Virus record (IMG/VR): IMGVR_UViG_3300008262_000016 | Reading direction: 5' to 3' (one strand) | From: a virus | Length of the DNA: 64,000 nt | Part shown: piece by piece, positions 7,777 to 17,355 of the stretch | How the letters are laid out: each line of letters opens with the position of its first letter | Numbering within the stretch: position 1 is the stretch's first letter | Notes under the pieces: generated by a model | Database searches by the model: none | What the model saw: the letters and a program-made list of their open reading frames with translations, nothing else | What the model was told of the DNA's origin: nothing | Position numbers and translations under genes: made by a program

Positions 7777-7790
7777 GTAACATAAGATAC
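7777..7790. promoter_or_regulatory. NtcA-consensus site
   Basis: GTAACATAAGATAC matches GTA-N8-TAC, upstream of the riboswitch promoter. Confidence 0.55.
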
Positions 7791-7885
7791 TAAATGGTAT
7801 CTATATTATACTAAAAAGCGTGAAGATTTGTGAAAACCCTCACGCAAGAAAATTTTGCCGGAAAAATTATTAGCGATATTGGAAA

Positions 7886-8197
7886 CTACTTTCGCTTTTT
7901 CTTTTCAGGCACATTATAACCCCATGACTTTGGATTGACTGTACCTTGAGTCCAATCCATTCGTCTTACATCACGATACTTATCCCAATAGTGGTCAAAG
8001 ATATCAGAGCGAAGACCTTGAACTACATCAAACTTTTCTTCATCATTATCACCATAAGATACTAGATAAGAATCTCTTGGAAGACTCTTATCGTCAGCAA
8101 AAGAAGGATCACAATTTATGTGAATAATATTGATACCCTTTCCCATATCAAGAACGATTGCCCCACTGAATATCGGGGAATGCTTCAGCAACATCAT
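7886..8197 (-). CDS. conserved cyanophage hypothetical protein
   Basis: NCDPSFADDKSLPRDSYLV...IFDHYWDKY...GTVNPKSWG; probable start MGKG at 8146. Confidence 0.65.
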   Translation of the reverse strand: MMLLKHSPIFSGAIVLDMGKGINIIHINCDPSFADDKSLPRDSYLVSYGDNDEEKFDVVQGLRSDIFDHYWDKYRDVRRMDWTQGTVNPKSWGYNVPEKKKRK

Positions 8198-8786
8198 CCT
8201 GAGTAAGATTGTATTTGTCGGTTAGTTTTTTATCTTTTACAAGACAAATAATCTCTGCTTCAAGTGGGTGTAAACCTTGGAGAAGATTGATAAACATACT
8301 TTCTCTACGAATGCTGTTCATACTATCATTACCACCTTTCACAAAGAAATAAAAGTTCTTCGCCTCTTTACGAATAGTAGTTCTAGCCTGCTGATCAGTC
8401 ACTCCCATTGAGAATGAACCAGTCTCATACATTCTACGTGTCTCTTGACTGATTTTGGTAGAAAGTGTACCAGAGTTTACAGTTTGTTCATCATAAGAGG
8501 AATATGGAACTTCCCCTGGTGGAAGAACACTTACAACACTCTCATCAAAGTTCCAAATGAGGATGATCTTAAGAGACATATCCTCATATTTTTTCAGAAC
8601 TTCGACTTTTTTTGCTTTGGTTTTTTGTTTCGATACTAGATCAAGAACCTCAAAAACCAGTGGATTATTAGGGAGTTCTAGTGAGGTAGAAACCTTAACA
8701 GTCCTTGGTTTTGTATTGGTAGTGTTACTCGTCGTCTTCTTCGTCGTTGATTTCGTAGTCATGATAGTTTTCAAAGTTAAATGCAA
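8148..8786 (-). CDS. conserved T4-like protein (DUF6433-like)
   Basis: LIWNFDESVVSVLPPGEVPY...RRESMFINLLQGLHPLEAE. Confidence 0.75.
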   Translation of the reverse strand: MHLTLKTIMTTKSTTKKTTSNTTNTKPRTVKVSTSLELPNNPLVFEVLDLVSKQKTKAKKVEVLKKYEDMSLKIILIWNFDESVVSVLPPGEVPYSSYDEQTVNSGTLSTKISQETRRMYETGSFSMGVTDQQARTTIRKEAKNFYFFVKGGNDSMNSIRRESMFINLLQGLHPLEAEIICLVKDKKLTDKYNLTQDDVAEAFPDIQWGNRS

Positions 8787-8955
8787 TCACCTCATCTGGA
8801 ATCAGGTTACCCTGGTTATCGAACATTTCGGGGTGAGGTCTTGGAATCTCCCGATAGTTCATCATATATTCTCTTGCTACCCAACCACCTATAAGTCCCA
8901 CAATAAGAAACAATACGGTCATGAATGAACCAAAAACTAGACTAACTGCTAACAT
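8725..8955 (-). CDS. small membrane protein
   Basis: N-terminal TM helix; HPEMFDNQGNLIPDE motif. Confidence 0.65.
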   Translation of the reverse strand: MLAVSLVFGSFMTVLFLIVGLIGGWVAREYMMNYREIPRPHPEMFDNQGNLIPDEVIAFNFENYHDYEINDEEDDE

Positions 8956-9193
8956 TTCTTTTGCCTCGGGAAACTACTATTCTTTTCCTTGACTTAAAGG
9001 AAAATTCAAAATAGATGGTAACTTCCCGATTCAGAAAGCAAACCATCTTTTCGAAGATGATATGGAATGGTTGCGTTTGCTTTCTCTTACCTCCATTAAG
9101 CAGTAAATCAACGCCACGGTTTACGTGACTCTTGTTTTTATTTATGTTATGACTTGATGACTTGTTGTTCTTTGAGGAATCTGATTGTGTCAA
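8942..9193 (-). CDS. hypothetical protein
   Basis: ORF track; NRGVDLLLNGG motif; coupled to neighbouring genes. Confidence 0.5.
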   Translation of the reverse strand: MTQSDSSKNNKSSSHNINKNKSHVNRGVDLLLNGGKRKQTQPFHIIFEKMVCFLNREVTIYFEFSFKSRKRIVVSRGKRNVSS

Positions 9194-9389
9194 CGGAACC
9201 TCCTAGCTTTTTATCATCACAAATAACCTGAGGGAAGGTAGAACCTTCACCAAATTCAGAATAGAATTCTTCTCTAGTAAAGTCCTCACTAAGAGTATAC
9301 ACGACAAACTGAGTGTTTGTCAACTCTAAGACTTTTTTTACTTTGTCGCAATATGGACAACCTTCTTTTGAGTAAACTGTAAAATTCAT
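9147..9389 (-). CDS. nrdC: glutaredoxin (NrdC-like)
   Basis: CPYC active site, TFPQV, LGG. Confidence 0.92.
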   Translation of the reverse strand: MNFTVYSKEGCPYCDKVKKVLELTNTQFVVYTLSEDFTREEFYSEFGEGSTFPQVICDDKKLGGSVDTIRFLKEQQVIKS

Positions 9390-9391
9390 TT

Positions 9392-10030
9392 TTAGTCGAA
9401 AAAGAAAATGTGAAAGAGTCGTGAATCTTCTTTGGTTTGACCAAAGTATTTTGATGCTGCGTGAATATTTTGAGCGTCAAAGATGAATAGTCTATTGAAG
9501 ACATTACCAATAGAGTCAACTAACTCAAACTTGGTTTCATCGTAAAAACCACCAGCAAATACATCATCCGTAAAGTTGGGGTCACCAGTTCTCCTAGCAC
9601 CATTCTTACTAGCGTAAAGAGAAGTTCCTGTACAATAAGGAGCATCTGGGTTGAGATATATCATAGCAGCCCAGGTTTGACCATCGTGATGATAGACAAG
9701 GGCATCTTGTGAGGTACAGTATTGAAAACGACCACACATTCCATGAGACTCCCATTCACGGATTTTGATACCCATGATTTTTTCAAATGCTTCTTTTGTT
9801 CCAGGAACGAAGTATTGTTCTTTTGAACGACTTCCTTTGAAATAATTTAAATCTTCAGAAAACTCTTGCTGAAGAGCAAATTCTCTTACAGCATATGGGT
9901 TAGCATAAAAATTATCAACAACCCATATAGTTTTCTGCGACTGTCTATTTATTGATGAGACTGGAAGGTATTTCATATCAATTGCATAAGTTTTCACATA
10001 CGATTTGATGAAGCGATTTTCCATAATCAC
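9392..10030 (-). CDS. DUF6445 / 2OG-Fe(II) oxygenase-like protein
   Basis: VVDNFY.NP..VR, HxD, WAAMIYLNP, GTSLY, N.FNRL.IF, H, RL...FF. Confidence 0.75.
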   Translation of the reverse strand: MIMENRFIKSYVKTYAIDMKYLPVSSINRQSQKTIWVVDNFYANPYAVREFALQQEFSEDLNYFKGSRSKEQYFVPGTKEAFEKIMGIKIREWESHGMCGRFQYCTSQDALVYHHDGQTWAAMIYLNPDAPYCTGTSLYASKNGARRTGDPNFTDDVFAGGFYDETKFELVDSIGNVFNRLFIFDAQNIHAASKYFGQTKEDSRLFHIFFFD

Positions 10031-11093
10031 CGGTATCTATATAATAGTTACTATTGACAAGGAAGTGATATGTGGGAAAAGGATTAACTCTGCTCGGATC
10101 AATCAATCTTTCCGTCTGCATCTTCATCATCTGATAATCACCTAAAGTTCTGTAGCACTCAGATAATCCCACAAGATGTTCATTTCTTGGTGGACACCAT
10201 TCTTCTGCACGAATATAGCAGTCAATTGCTTTTTCAAAATTATTGCAAGTTCGATTCAAGTCTCCCATAGCACATAAAGTAAAATATGCCATCTCATCAA
10301 TACCAGTTACATATCCAAGTTGATGATAATTAAATCGATAATTCAGATACTCTTCATAATAAAATAAAGCACGACGTGCCATCTCCTGATTATGCGTTTC
10401 ACCTAAAGGATAAGTACCATAAGCAGCATCATTATAACTTTTAGCAATATACCAGAAGTGATAAACATCCTCTAGCATTGTGTTGTTGGAAATGTGTTGG
10501 TTCTCAAGTTCAACAGCATCAGTAAAGAACTTAGTTGGATTTACCCAAGTCCGACCATCGTTAATAATGATGTGTCTAAATCCTCTTGCCAGACTTATTC
10601 TTGGAAACTCTTCTCCCGTTGGAACACATCCAGGTTTCAGAATACACTCGTGCCTCTTGTCGTGCCTAAACCTCCAGGGAATTTTTGTATTCCATAGACG
10701 GCAACGATACCAAATACAATTATCAGACTGTGCCGTAACATCCCAGGCATCAATTGAAGTATCTTCTAAAACACTCCAATCAAAGTCATCATCAACGTGT
10801 AGTTGTTCATCAGCATCAATTCTGAATAACCAGTCACAACCGTGGTCAGTCTCTGTACATTTCTGAACCAAGTCATCACTATTCCAACCAGGATAGTGCC
10901 ATTCTACATTGTAGGTAAATCCAGGAATACCTTTTTGTTGAAAAAAGTCTTCAACCATCTGTTGAGTGCGGTCGTTACCATTACACTGGATAATCCAATA
11001 GTCAATGTGCTTATAACAAGAATTAAGCATTCTCTCAACGACGTGCTCCTCATTTCCAAGCATTACATTGAGACATAGTTTAGTTTTCTTCAT
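9978..11093 (-). CDS. GT2-like glycosyltransferase with TPR-like C-terminus
   Basis: NEEHVVERML.S, IDADE (DxD), HE motif, helical C-terminus. Confidence 0.75.
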   Translation of the reverse strand: MKKTKLCLNVMLGNEEHVVERMLNSCYKHIDYWIIQCNGNDRTQQMVEDFFQQKGIPGFTYNVEWHYPGWNSDDLVQKCTETDHGCDWLFRIDADEQLHVDDDFDWSVLEDTSIDAWDVTAQSDNCIWYRCRLWNTKIPWRFRHDKRHECILKPGCVPTGEEFPRISLARGFRHIIINDGRTWVNPTKFFTDAVELENQHISNNTMLEDVYHFWYIAKSYNDAAYGTYPLGETHNQEMARRALFYYEEYLNYRFNYHQLGYVTGIDEMAYFTLCAMGDLNRTCNNFEKAIDCYIRAEEWCPPRNEHLVGLSECYRTLGDYQMMKMQTERLIDPSRVNPFPTYHFLVNSNYYIDTGDYGKSLHQIVCENLCN

Positions 11094-12115
11094 GGCGTTA
11101 AAATAGAATCAGATAGTCCAAGTTTCTTCAGTTTTTTAGCAGTCTTGATGATGGTTTCATCAATCGTCAGATATTCATAAGTAGCAGTTCTTCCAGTGAA
11201 TACTGTGTTCTTTTCTGCCTGCATCAGAGGTTCATACAGTCTGAACTGACTGAGATACTCACCAAATATCATTGGATAATATGGATTGTTCACACCATCA
11301 ACGTGAGGAACAGGATACTCTCTTGTGACAATTGTTGTTTCTACATCCTGTTTATACCAGTAGGAATGGTCAATTGCACGGTTCCATCCATTCTCTTTAT
11401 TACATTCATTCAGTTGAATATAAAGAGTTTTAGGGCAATAGACGTGTTCAAAATTCAAAGAGCGATAAGTTAATTCGCCAAACTGATAATCAAAGTAATT
11501 ATCAACCTTACCAGTATAAACCAACAGGTCACACTTGTCTTTCAGTTTTCTCCACTCATCTCTGGGTGTATCCAAATGAACGGGGATACCATCCAGAATG
11601 TTTTCAAACATCCGAACAAATCCATACTTAGGAAGACCCTGATACTTGTTATTCACAAAGTAAGTTTCTTCACCAGGATTTCTTACTGCTAGTCGTGCAA
11701 GAATACTCTGAGGAAGTTCCTCAAAGGGAGTATTCCACATCTTTTCAGAATAATCCCTGAAGACTAAATCAATAATTTCTTCATCAGAAAGTCGTCGTCC
11801 AATAATTCTATCAGACGTATCATTATAAGGAATGGGGATTTTACCCAGTTTAGTATTTGCCCAGACCTTGACTGAGAAATCATTAAACTCCGAAAACTGA
11901 TGCAACCAGTTCCAGACTTTCTCACTATTAGTATGAATTGCGTGTGGACCATGTGCATGGACAATACAACGGGTCTTTTCATCAATATAGTCGTAGCAAT
12001 TACCAGAAATATAAGATCTAGTTTCAAATACTTCTACATCCCACCCATTATCTTTTAAAATTCTAGCGGCAGTTGAACCTGCTGTTCCTGCGCCGATTAC
12101 ATATGCAAGTGCCAT
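11090..12115 (-). CDS. glf: UDP-galactopyranose mutase
   Basis: GAGTAG FAD motif, GNCYD, HAHGPHAIHT, YSEKMW, YQGLPK.G, L.YRSL, REYP, PYYP, GR.ATY.Y. Confidence 0.92.
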   Translation of the reverse strand: MALAYVIGAGTAGSTAARILKDNGWDVEVFETRSYISGNCYDYIDEKTRCIVHAHGPHAIHTNSEKVWNWLHQFSEFNDFSVKVWANTKLGKIPIPYNDTSDRIIGRRLSDEEIIDLVFRDYSEKMWNTPFEELPQSILARLAVRNPGEETYFVNNKYQGLPKYGFVRMFENILDGIPVHLDTPRDEWRKLKDKCDLLVYTGKVDNYFDYQFGELTYRSLNFEHVYCPKTLYIQLNECNKENGWNRAIDHSYWYKQDVETTIVTREYPVPHVDGVNNPYYPMIFGEYLSQFRLYEPLMQAEKNTVFTGRTATYEYLTIDETIIKTAKKLKKLGLSDSILTP

Positions 12116-12120
12116 AAAAA

Positions 12121-13353
12121 TTAAATTGCAAGAATTCCAGGGAAACGTTCTTCATCCTTAATTGCTGTCAACCAAGCAGTGACAACAGGAATATGTGGTG
12201 CCATTTCCCAAGTATTTAACCGATACGTTTGAAAGCGAATATCATAGTTTCTAATGAAGTTTGCTAGCTGTTTGTTGGTATAATACCAGAAACTATGTTC
12301 ATTCCAGAAGCTAACGTGAGTTGGGTCTTGGAATGCACCCCTACCATCAGTAGAAGGAACCTCAATCATTGCCCAACCACCGTGTGCAAGGACCCGATGA
12401 ATTTCTCTCATTGACTTAACAGGGTCTCTCAGGTGCTCTAGAACATGACTTGCATTCAAAACACCAACACTATTATCAGGAAGTGGGATGCCATCATTCA
12501 GGTCACAAGTAATATCAGCACCCTCCTGGTCAATGGTTACATAACCAGGACGAGGATAAAGTCCACCACCAATATCAACTTTCAGAAGTCCACGGTCTTC
12601 TGCATCTTTCTCTGCAAGTTGATATCCATACTCATAATAAAGGTCTACGGTCTTAGTTTGAATTTGAGCATTTCTTTCTAGGTAAGTATTGTCACCATAA
12701 ACCCTATAGATGTAAAGAGGTTTTTGAATATGATACATCTTCGTATTCAGATAGGTTCTTATCATCAACTCGTGGTCATCACATATACTTAATTGAACAT
12801 TATGCCCACCGATTGATTGATAAACACTCCTTCTCCAAGATCTAACATGGTCAGGAGAATACCAGATGAATGATAATGCCTGACTAGTTGGACGCCAAGA
12901 GTTCATCACATAACGGTCTTTACCACGAAAATTGTAGAAGTAGTAAGACCAACCATGCTGCTCATTATAAGGAACAAAGTTATCATCATACACAGCAACA
13001 TCACTGTACACAAAACCAACACTCTCGTCTTGGTATGCCTTGTTAAGTTCTTCCAGACAGTCTGGTGTGATCATATCATCATGGTCAACTTCCACAAGGA
13101 CATCACCAGAACCAAGATGGAATGCCTTGCTCTTGTGAAACCCAACGTTAGGATTATTTTCATTACACTCGTAGATCTTTACCCTCCCATCATTCTCAAT
13201 TTCTGGAGAGAGTTTGCTACGGTTAAACTTACCATTCAACCACAAAATCCACTCCCAGTTCTCATAAGTCTGAGCACACAGACTTTCGTAGAGTTCTTGA
13301 AGGTAGGGAGTGTTCTTGTGGGATGGCGAAATAATGCTGAACTTATAATCCAT
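12121..13353 (-). CDS. GT2 glycosyltransferase fused to a SAM-dependent methyltransferase
   Basis: EVDHDD and CDDHEL in the GT part; VDIGGG, SHVLEHL, AFQDPTH in the MTase part. Confidence 0.85.
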   Translation of the reverse strand: MDYKFSIISPSHKNTPYLQELYESLCAQTYENWEWILWLNGKFNRSKLSPEIENDGRVKIYECNENNPNVGFHKSKAFHLGSGDVLVEVDHDDMITPDCLEELNKAYQDESVGFVYSDVAVYDDNFVPYNEQHGWSYYFYNFRGKDRYVMNSWRPTSQALSFIWYSPDHVRSWRRSVYQSIGGHNVQLSICDDHELMIRTYLNTKMYHIQKPLYIYRVYGDNTYLERNAQIQTKTVDLYYEYGYQLAEKDAEDRGLLKVDIGGGLYPRPGYVTIDQEGADITCDLNDGIPLPDNSVGVLNASHVLEHLRDPVKSMREIHRVLAHGGWAMIEVPSTDGRGAFQDPTHVSFWNEHSFWYYTNKQLANFIRNYDIRFQTYRLNTWEMAPHIPVVTAWLTAIKDEERFPGILAI

Positions 13354-13376
13354 TCAAGTAAAGGTGATATAGAAGT

Positions 13377-13405
13377 ATTATACCTTATGTAGTTGGTTCA
13401 GTCAA
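13377..13405 (-). promoter_or_regulatory. sigma70-type promoter of the GT/glf block
   Basis: TTGACT-N17-TATAAT. Confidence 0.7.
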
Positions 13406-13702
13406 ACTATTTTTTGAAATTTTTGAAACTACTTTTTTTAACTGATCATTCACTAGATATGGTAGTTCAGTTCCCCTCATGTTCTGAATATAAATTTTTC
13501 TACCATCAATATATTTTTTACCATTATCTGGTTTGTAAAGACCACCCACTAAAGTTATAGGTAGTTTTTCTATCTCACAATTAACCGCATCTAAATCACA
13601 ATAAAAATTATCAAGTATACTAATATCAGTCAAACCATAATTTATGGTTGTGACATTCAACTTCTCACTTAACTTAAAAACATCATTATCAAAAAATATC
13701 AT
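13385..13702 (-). pseudogene. probably truncated DUF6445/2OG-oxygenase-like gene
   Basis: N-terminal ISILDNFY.D motif like 9392..10030; ends at 105 aa before any HxD, running into the next promoter. Confidence 0.45.
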
Positions 13703-13703
13703 A

Positions 13704-14219
13704 TTAATCTGGTTTAGTTGGCCAATTCTCGTGATTTAAATCATTAACCATTGGTTTTGGATCACTAATAATAACTGGGAGATCTCGCAATATCTGACGA
13801 TATGTTGCCCACTCATCTTTCTTTTCTTCTGTTAGTGGGGAATCTGGAGATTGAGTCCAATCACATCTAGATAAAAGACTATCTCTTATATTTCTAAATT
13901 CTTTCCAGTAATTTCTTGCTGCTTCCAATGCCAATTCTTCTAAAATTTTTTTCTCCTCATTCTCTTTATTTAATGCCTCAAGTTCAGTATCAATTCTTTC
14001 CTTTTCATTATTAAAATCCAAAACTGCCTGTTCAAAAATACCCAACTCCTCAATTCTTTTATTGGGAGATCCATCAATATACTCAATCTCACCCCAGGTA
14101 TCATACCATTGAACAGCATGAATATTTGACGGAATCCAAGAAAAATCCTGTTCAATATTACGATAAAACTCATTATCAATTCCAATTGTTTTATCACTTG
14201 GAATAAGTGTAATTCTCAT
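13704..14219 (-). CDS. tail fibre assembly chaperone
   Basis: R.IRDSLLSRCDWTQSPDSPL...W.TYRQILRDLP...WP.KP. Confidence 0.8.
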   Translation of the reverse strand: MRITLIPSDKTIGIDNEFYRNIEQDFSWIPSNIHAVQWYDTWGEIEYIDGSPNKRIEELGIFEQAVLDFNNEKERIDTELEALNKENEEKKILEELALEAARNYWKEFRNIRDSLLSRCDWTQSPDSPLTEEKKDEWATYRQILRDLPVIISDPKPMVNDLNHENWPTKPD

Positions 14220-14560
14220 TCTTCTTTACCTTCTTCTAAGATATTTATAGGTTGATTGAGTGGTGTAATTTGTGCAGGAATAATTTGTTGCTTAAGTGCT
14301 TCTTTATAAAGTTCTTGGTTTTGATAGTTTGCTCGCACAACTTCATTCCTAAAACTCTCTACTGCTGCTCCAGTCTGATTTGATTTTTGTGCTATTTCAA
14401 CTGCCATAAAAGGCATCCAAGTTACTGCACACCCCCACTCATCAACTGGTTCTCCTGTGTTTGGATTAGTACCTCTCATCTGAGTGTACCATGAACACTT
14501 AAGACCAATGCAGTCTTTCTTAATAAGTGGACAAAAGTTTCCTGGTTTAATTTTAGCCAT
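14216..14560 (-). CDS. Cys-rich tail-fibre-associated protein
   Basis: CPLIKKDCIGLKCSW...G.NPNTG..VDEWGCA...TGAAVESFRNE. Confidence 0.65.
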   Translation of the reverse strand: MAKIKPGNFCPLIKKDCIGLKCSWYTQMRGTNPNTGEPVDEWGCAVTWMPFMAVEIAQKSNQTGAAVESFRNEVVRANYQNQELYKEALKQQIIPAQITPLNQPINILEEGKEE

Positions 14561-14585
14561 ATCTAAAAATTATATTATATCAGTA

Positions 14586-15947
14586 TTAGTCTTTAGAAGC
14601 AATAATTAAGTCAACATATTGGACAGCAAAGTCCATTGCTGTACCTGTAAAAGATGCTGAACCAGACCAAGATGGATTAGTAAATCCGTGTCCGTGAGAG
14701 TTTCCACCACCAGTTGATGTGGTATTTGGGCTGAGACCAACAATTGTACCACCACCGGCAAATCCTTGAGAACCACCTCCACCATTATCAAGCAAAAATT
14801 GCCCAGATGTTGATGAGTGGTTGTGGGATGGCATCTCTGAAGTGGTTAGTGTAGTATTACTTACAGAACCGCCAGAGTTAGATCCAGAAACCGAAACAGA
14901 ACCAGATGGTGTCCTAGAAGCAAATACACTTGTAAATGCGGTCGTACCACCAGAACTTGCAGATCCACTTACTACTCTAAGTGCTTTATTATTATGAGTT
15001 GTTTGTTTGGTCCAACCAGTAGGTGCTGCTGTCTGTTGGAATAACATCAAAGTGCCTGATGCAAAAGTTATAGCGCCAGAAGTACCTTGAGATCCAACAG
15101 CACCCTGTGCACCTACAGCACCTTGAGCACCTGTAGATCCTTGAGCACCTTGAGTACCTGTAGATCCTTGAGCACCTTGAGCACCTATAGTACCTTGAGA
15201 TCCTGATGTACCTGCGGTTCCTTGAGCACCTTGAGCACCTGTGGAACCTTGAGCACCTTGAGCACCTGTGGAACCTTGAGCACCTTGAGCACCTGTAGAT
15301 CCTTGTGCTCCTACTGAACCTTGAGCACCAGTAGCACCTTGAGCACCAGTAGCACCTTGAGCACCTGTGGAACCTTGAGCACCAACTGTGCCTTGTACAC
15401 CTGTAGATCCTTGAGCACCTACATCACCTTGAGCACCTTGAGCACCTACATCACCTTGAGCACCTGTGGAACCTTGAGATCCTGATGCACCTGCGGTTCC
15501 TTGAGCACCAGTAGCACCTTGAGCACCTTGAGCACCTATAGTACCTTGAGATCCTGATGTACCTGCGGTTCCTTGAGCACCTTGAGCACCTTGAGCACCT
15601 TGAGCACCTTGAGCACCTTGAGCACCTGTAGATCCTTGTGCTCCTACTGAACCTTGAGCACCAACTGTGCCTTGTACACCTGTAGATCCTTGTGCTCCTA
15701 CTGAACCTTGAGCACCTTGAGCACCTTCAGCACCTGTAGATCCTTGAGCACCTTGATCCCCTACAGCACCTTGAGCACCTTGAGCACCTGTAGATCCTTG
15801 AGCACCTTGAGCACCTGTAGATCCTTGAGCACCTTGAGTTCCAGGTGTTCCCTGCCTAACCCAAGATGTTCCATTCCATATCCATCTGGAGTTACTAGAT
15901 GTAAAAATATCATTTACTGATGGACTATCTGGAAAGTTTAGAGCCAT
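14586..15947 (-). CDS. short collagen-like tail fibre with tail-collar-like domain
   Basis: [10 protein letters not shown]-terminus, long G-X-Y (GAQ) tract, [12 protein letters not shown] collar, HxH motifs. Confidence 0.85.
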   Translation of the reverse strand: MALNFPDSPSVNDIFTSSNSRWIWNGTSWVRQGTPGTQGAQGSTGAQGAQGSTGAQGAQGAVGDQGAQGSTGAEGAQGAQGSVGAQGSTGVQGTVGAQGSVGAQGSTGAQGAQGAQGAQGAQGAQGTAGTSGSQGTIGAQGAQGATGAQGTAGASGSQGSTGAQGDVGAQGAQGDVGAQGSTGVQGTVGAQGSTGAQGATGAQGATGAQGSVGAQGSTGAQGAQGSTGAQGAQGSTGAQGAQGTAGTSGSQGTIGAQGAQGSTGTQGAQGSTGAQGAVGAQGAVGSQGTSGAITFASGTLMLFQQTAAPTGWTKQTTHNNKALRVVSGSASSGGTTAFTSVFASRTPSGSVSVSGSNSGGSVSNTTLTTSEMPSHNHSSTSGQFLLDNGGGGSQGFAGGGTIVGLSPNTTSTGGGNSHGHGFTNPSWSGSASFTGTAMDFAVQYVDLIIASKD

Positions 15948-16003
15948 TATCTAACCACTATATTCCTTTCAAGTTATTTATCTTTTCTTTGAATTCTTAA
16001 AGG

Positions 16004-16032
16004 ATTATAACCAATATCATACATAAAGTCAA
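16004..16032 (-). promoter_or_regulatory. sigma70-type promoter
   Basis: TTGACT-N17-TATAAT immediately after a terminator. Confidence 0.7.
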
Positions 16033-16034
16033 AT

Positions 16035-16065
16035 AAAAAAAGAGAGTATAAAACTCTCCTTTTTT
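16035..16065 (-). terminator. intrinsic terminator, possibly bidirectional
   Basis: GAGAG-TTTTATA-CTCTC hairpin with T/A tracts on both sides. Confidence 0.6.
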
Positions 16066-16158
16066 AACCACCAACTCACCTCTCCCACCACAGAGAGGGT
16101 CTTCATTCCCAAAGATACAAGGAATCTTGAAGACCTTAAAGAGAACGTACACCCATCA

Positions 16159-16428
16159 TCAAAGATTAGTTAACCAAATGTTTTCAGCAAGTTTTGCTTC
16201 GCCAGTTATAATTGCAGATTCTAGATCTGAAATATCTTCTCCAGAATCTACAATTTCTTGGTCAGTAACAACAAGTTTAAGGTGTCCAACATTACGATCA
16301 ATATTAGATTTTAAGTCTTTGGAGGGCGTTTCTCCACCATCTAATTTTTCAATAGCATCTTCAATCACCCAAACACTATCTTTAGCTACAGTAATTGTTT
16401 GCAAAATTTGTTCTTGAGTTCTTGCCAT
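16159..16428 (-). CDS. hypothetical protein
   Basis: ORF track; RNVGHLKLV motif; SD GGAG. Confidence 0.55.
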   Translation of the reverse strand: MARTQEQILQTITVAKDSVWVIEDAIEKLDGGETPSKDLKSNIDRNVGHLKLVVTDQEIVDSGEDISDLESAIITGEAKLAENIWLTNL

Positions 16429-16431
16429 TTT

Positions 16432-17346
16432 TTAAGCTCCTATAAAGTTTTTTGAATCTTCAAAGACCTGATTATTTGCATTTATATTCAATTCAATATC
16501 TTCATAATCAATTGATTCAAGATCTCTCCAAAATTCAAGTCCTTTACATCTTGATAAGATTTCATCGGAAAGAATTTCTTTTGGAGATAAAGAAGTTTTT
16601 TTCAACTCCTTTCTAACATAATGCATATCACTTAAACCATAAGTAGAGGCATCATTTTCCTCATTAATGTTAATAAGATTATCAAATTCGTGTTCATAAT
16701 ATTCTTCATCAAGAAACTCATAAATTTTCTTCATTGTTTTTTCTGGAAAACTAACAAGATCATCATATTCAACAAAATGCAAATATTTTTCCTGCCCTTT
16801 CGTTAGTACATCACGAATTCCCAAATAACTTTGTCCAAGAATTCCAGATTCACTTACAAGAAATTCACAACGATTATCATCCGTTAATAAAATATTAGAT
16901 TTAACTAACATATCATCAATAAAGTTTATTTTTCCATTTACTTCATATGGATTACGACGATGCATCGAAATAAAAGATGCTAAAATTTCATCAATGTTTC
17001 TAACAGGACAAATAATTTTTGGTGTAATTCCCAAGTAACCTTCAATGTAATGAATTCGATTTACCCAAGATCTATTCTTGTCAAAAATTACTGGTTTTTT
17101 TACATCAAAATAATATTGATGAATAATATTGGAAATAATCATTGATGCTTGTTCTGGTTTTGGATATGCCAAAAACAACTCGTCCTGAGACAATTGTTGT
17201 TCTAACATAATCATCAACCCAGTCACAGGAGAACTAGGACCAGAATAAAACCTTGGATTTTGATTTAAAATGCTAGATAAAATTGTACTTCCAGAGCGAG
17301 GAAGTCCCGCCATAAAATAATAAGTTTTTTGCACTGGTTCTACCAT
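16432..17346 (-). CDS. sulfotransferase
   Basis: GLPRSGSTIL PAPS loop, DKNRSW, VR....ILASF, VEYDDLV..P. Confidence 0.85.
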   Translation of the reverse strand: MVEPVQKTYYFMAGLPRSGSTILSSILNQNPRFYSGPSSPVTGLMIMLEQQLSQDELFLAYPKPEQASMIISNIIHQYYFDVKKPVIFDKNRSWVNRIHYIEGYLGITPKIICPVRNIDEILASFISMHRRNPYEVNGKINFIDDMLVKSNILLTDDNRCEFLVSESGILGQSYLGIRDVLTKGQEKYLHFVEYDDLVSFPEKTMKKIYEFLDEEYYEHEFDNLININEENDASTYGLSDMHYVRKELKKTSLSPKEILSDEILSRCKGLEFWRDLESIDYEDIELNINANNQVFEDSKNFIGA

Positions 17347-17355
17347 AGACTTAAT

